Shown piece by piece: positions 63,770 to 64,000 of a stretch of DNA of 64,000 bases. The stretch is taken from NCBI RefSeq assembly GCF_001194135.2, contig NC_068982.1, positions 91,431,206-91,495,205 of the forward strand, read 5' to 3'. Each line of letters starts with the position of its first letter. Within the stretch, counting starts at the first letter, position 1. Source of the stretch: Octopus bimaculoides. Taxonomy: Eukaryota. Below the pieces are notes generated by a model, which was given only the letters and a program-made list of their open reading frames with translations, had not been told where the DNA came from and made no database searches. The position numbers and the translations under genes were made by a program.

Positions 63770-64000
63770 AATTTACTATTTTACTTGTTTCAGTCATTTG
63801 ACTGCGGCCATGCTGGAGCGCCACCTGTAGTCGAGCAAATCGATTCCAGGACTTATTCTTTGTAAGCCTAGTACTTATTCTATCGGTCTCTTTTGCCAAA
63901 CCGCTAAGTTACGGGGACATAAATACACCAGCATCGGTTGTTAAGCGATGTTGCGGGGACAAACACAGACACACAAACGCATATATATGTACACACACAC
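63770..64000 (-). mobile_element. 3' part of a young tRNA-headed SINE (same family as 23978-24392), truncated by the window end
   Basis: TACTTGTTTCAGTCATTTGACTGCGGCCATGCTGGAGC...GGACTTATTCTTTGTAAGCCTAGTACTTATTC...CCGCTAAGTTACGGGGAC is colinear with 23994-24200. Confidence 0.85.

Overview
AT-rich, repeat-dense animal genomic scaffold with six N gaps. The SINE, MITE and microsatellite content looks like an octopus (coleoid cephalopod) genome, which is an inference and not a database match. Exon-by-exon reading gives four coding units: (1) the terminal exon of an unrecognised + strand gene (2633-2797); (2) a complete two-exon HIG1-domain gene, HIGD2A-like (- strand, 13603-17113, 106 aa); (3) a complete 17-exon DEAD-box helicase, DDX56/Dbp9 (+ strand, 17391-46503, 544 aa), head-to-head with HIGD2A across 277 bp; (4) the first five coding exons of RMND5/GID2 (+ strand, from 48315, running off the window). 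Introns and intergenic DNA contain tRNA-headed SINEs, RTE LINE remnants, hAT- and piggyBac-type MITEs, a non-autonomous Helitron, a truncated mariner and a Penelope-like element. The Penelope-like element has inverted termini carrying a tRNA-like segment and a hammerhead ribozyme motif. The most unexpected signal is a frame-preserving chain of strong minus-strand splice sites (49171, 48966-48990, 47668-47866, 46743). It suggests an antisense transcript spanning RMND5 exon 1 and ending near the DDX56 3' end, with an in-frame UGA followed by a coding-like 49-codon extension. No CRISPR, rRNA or bona fide tRNA genes are supported.
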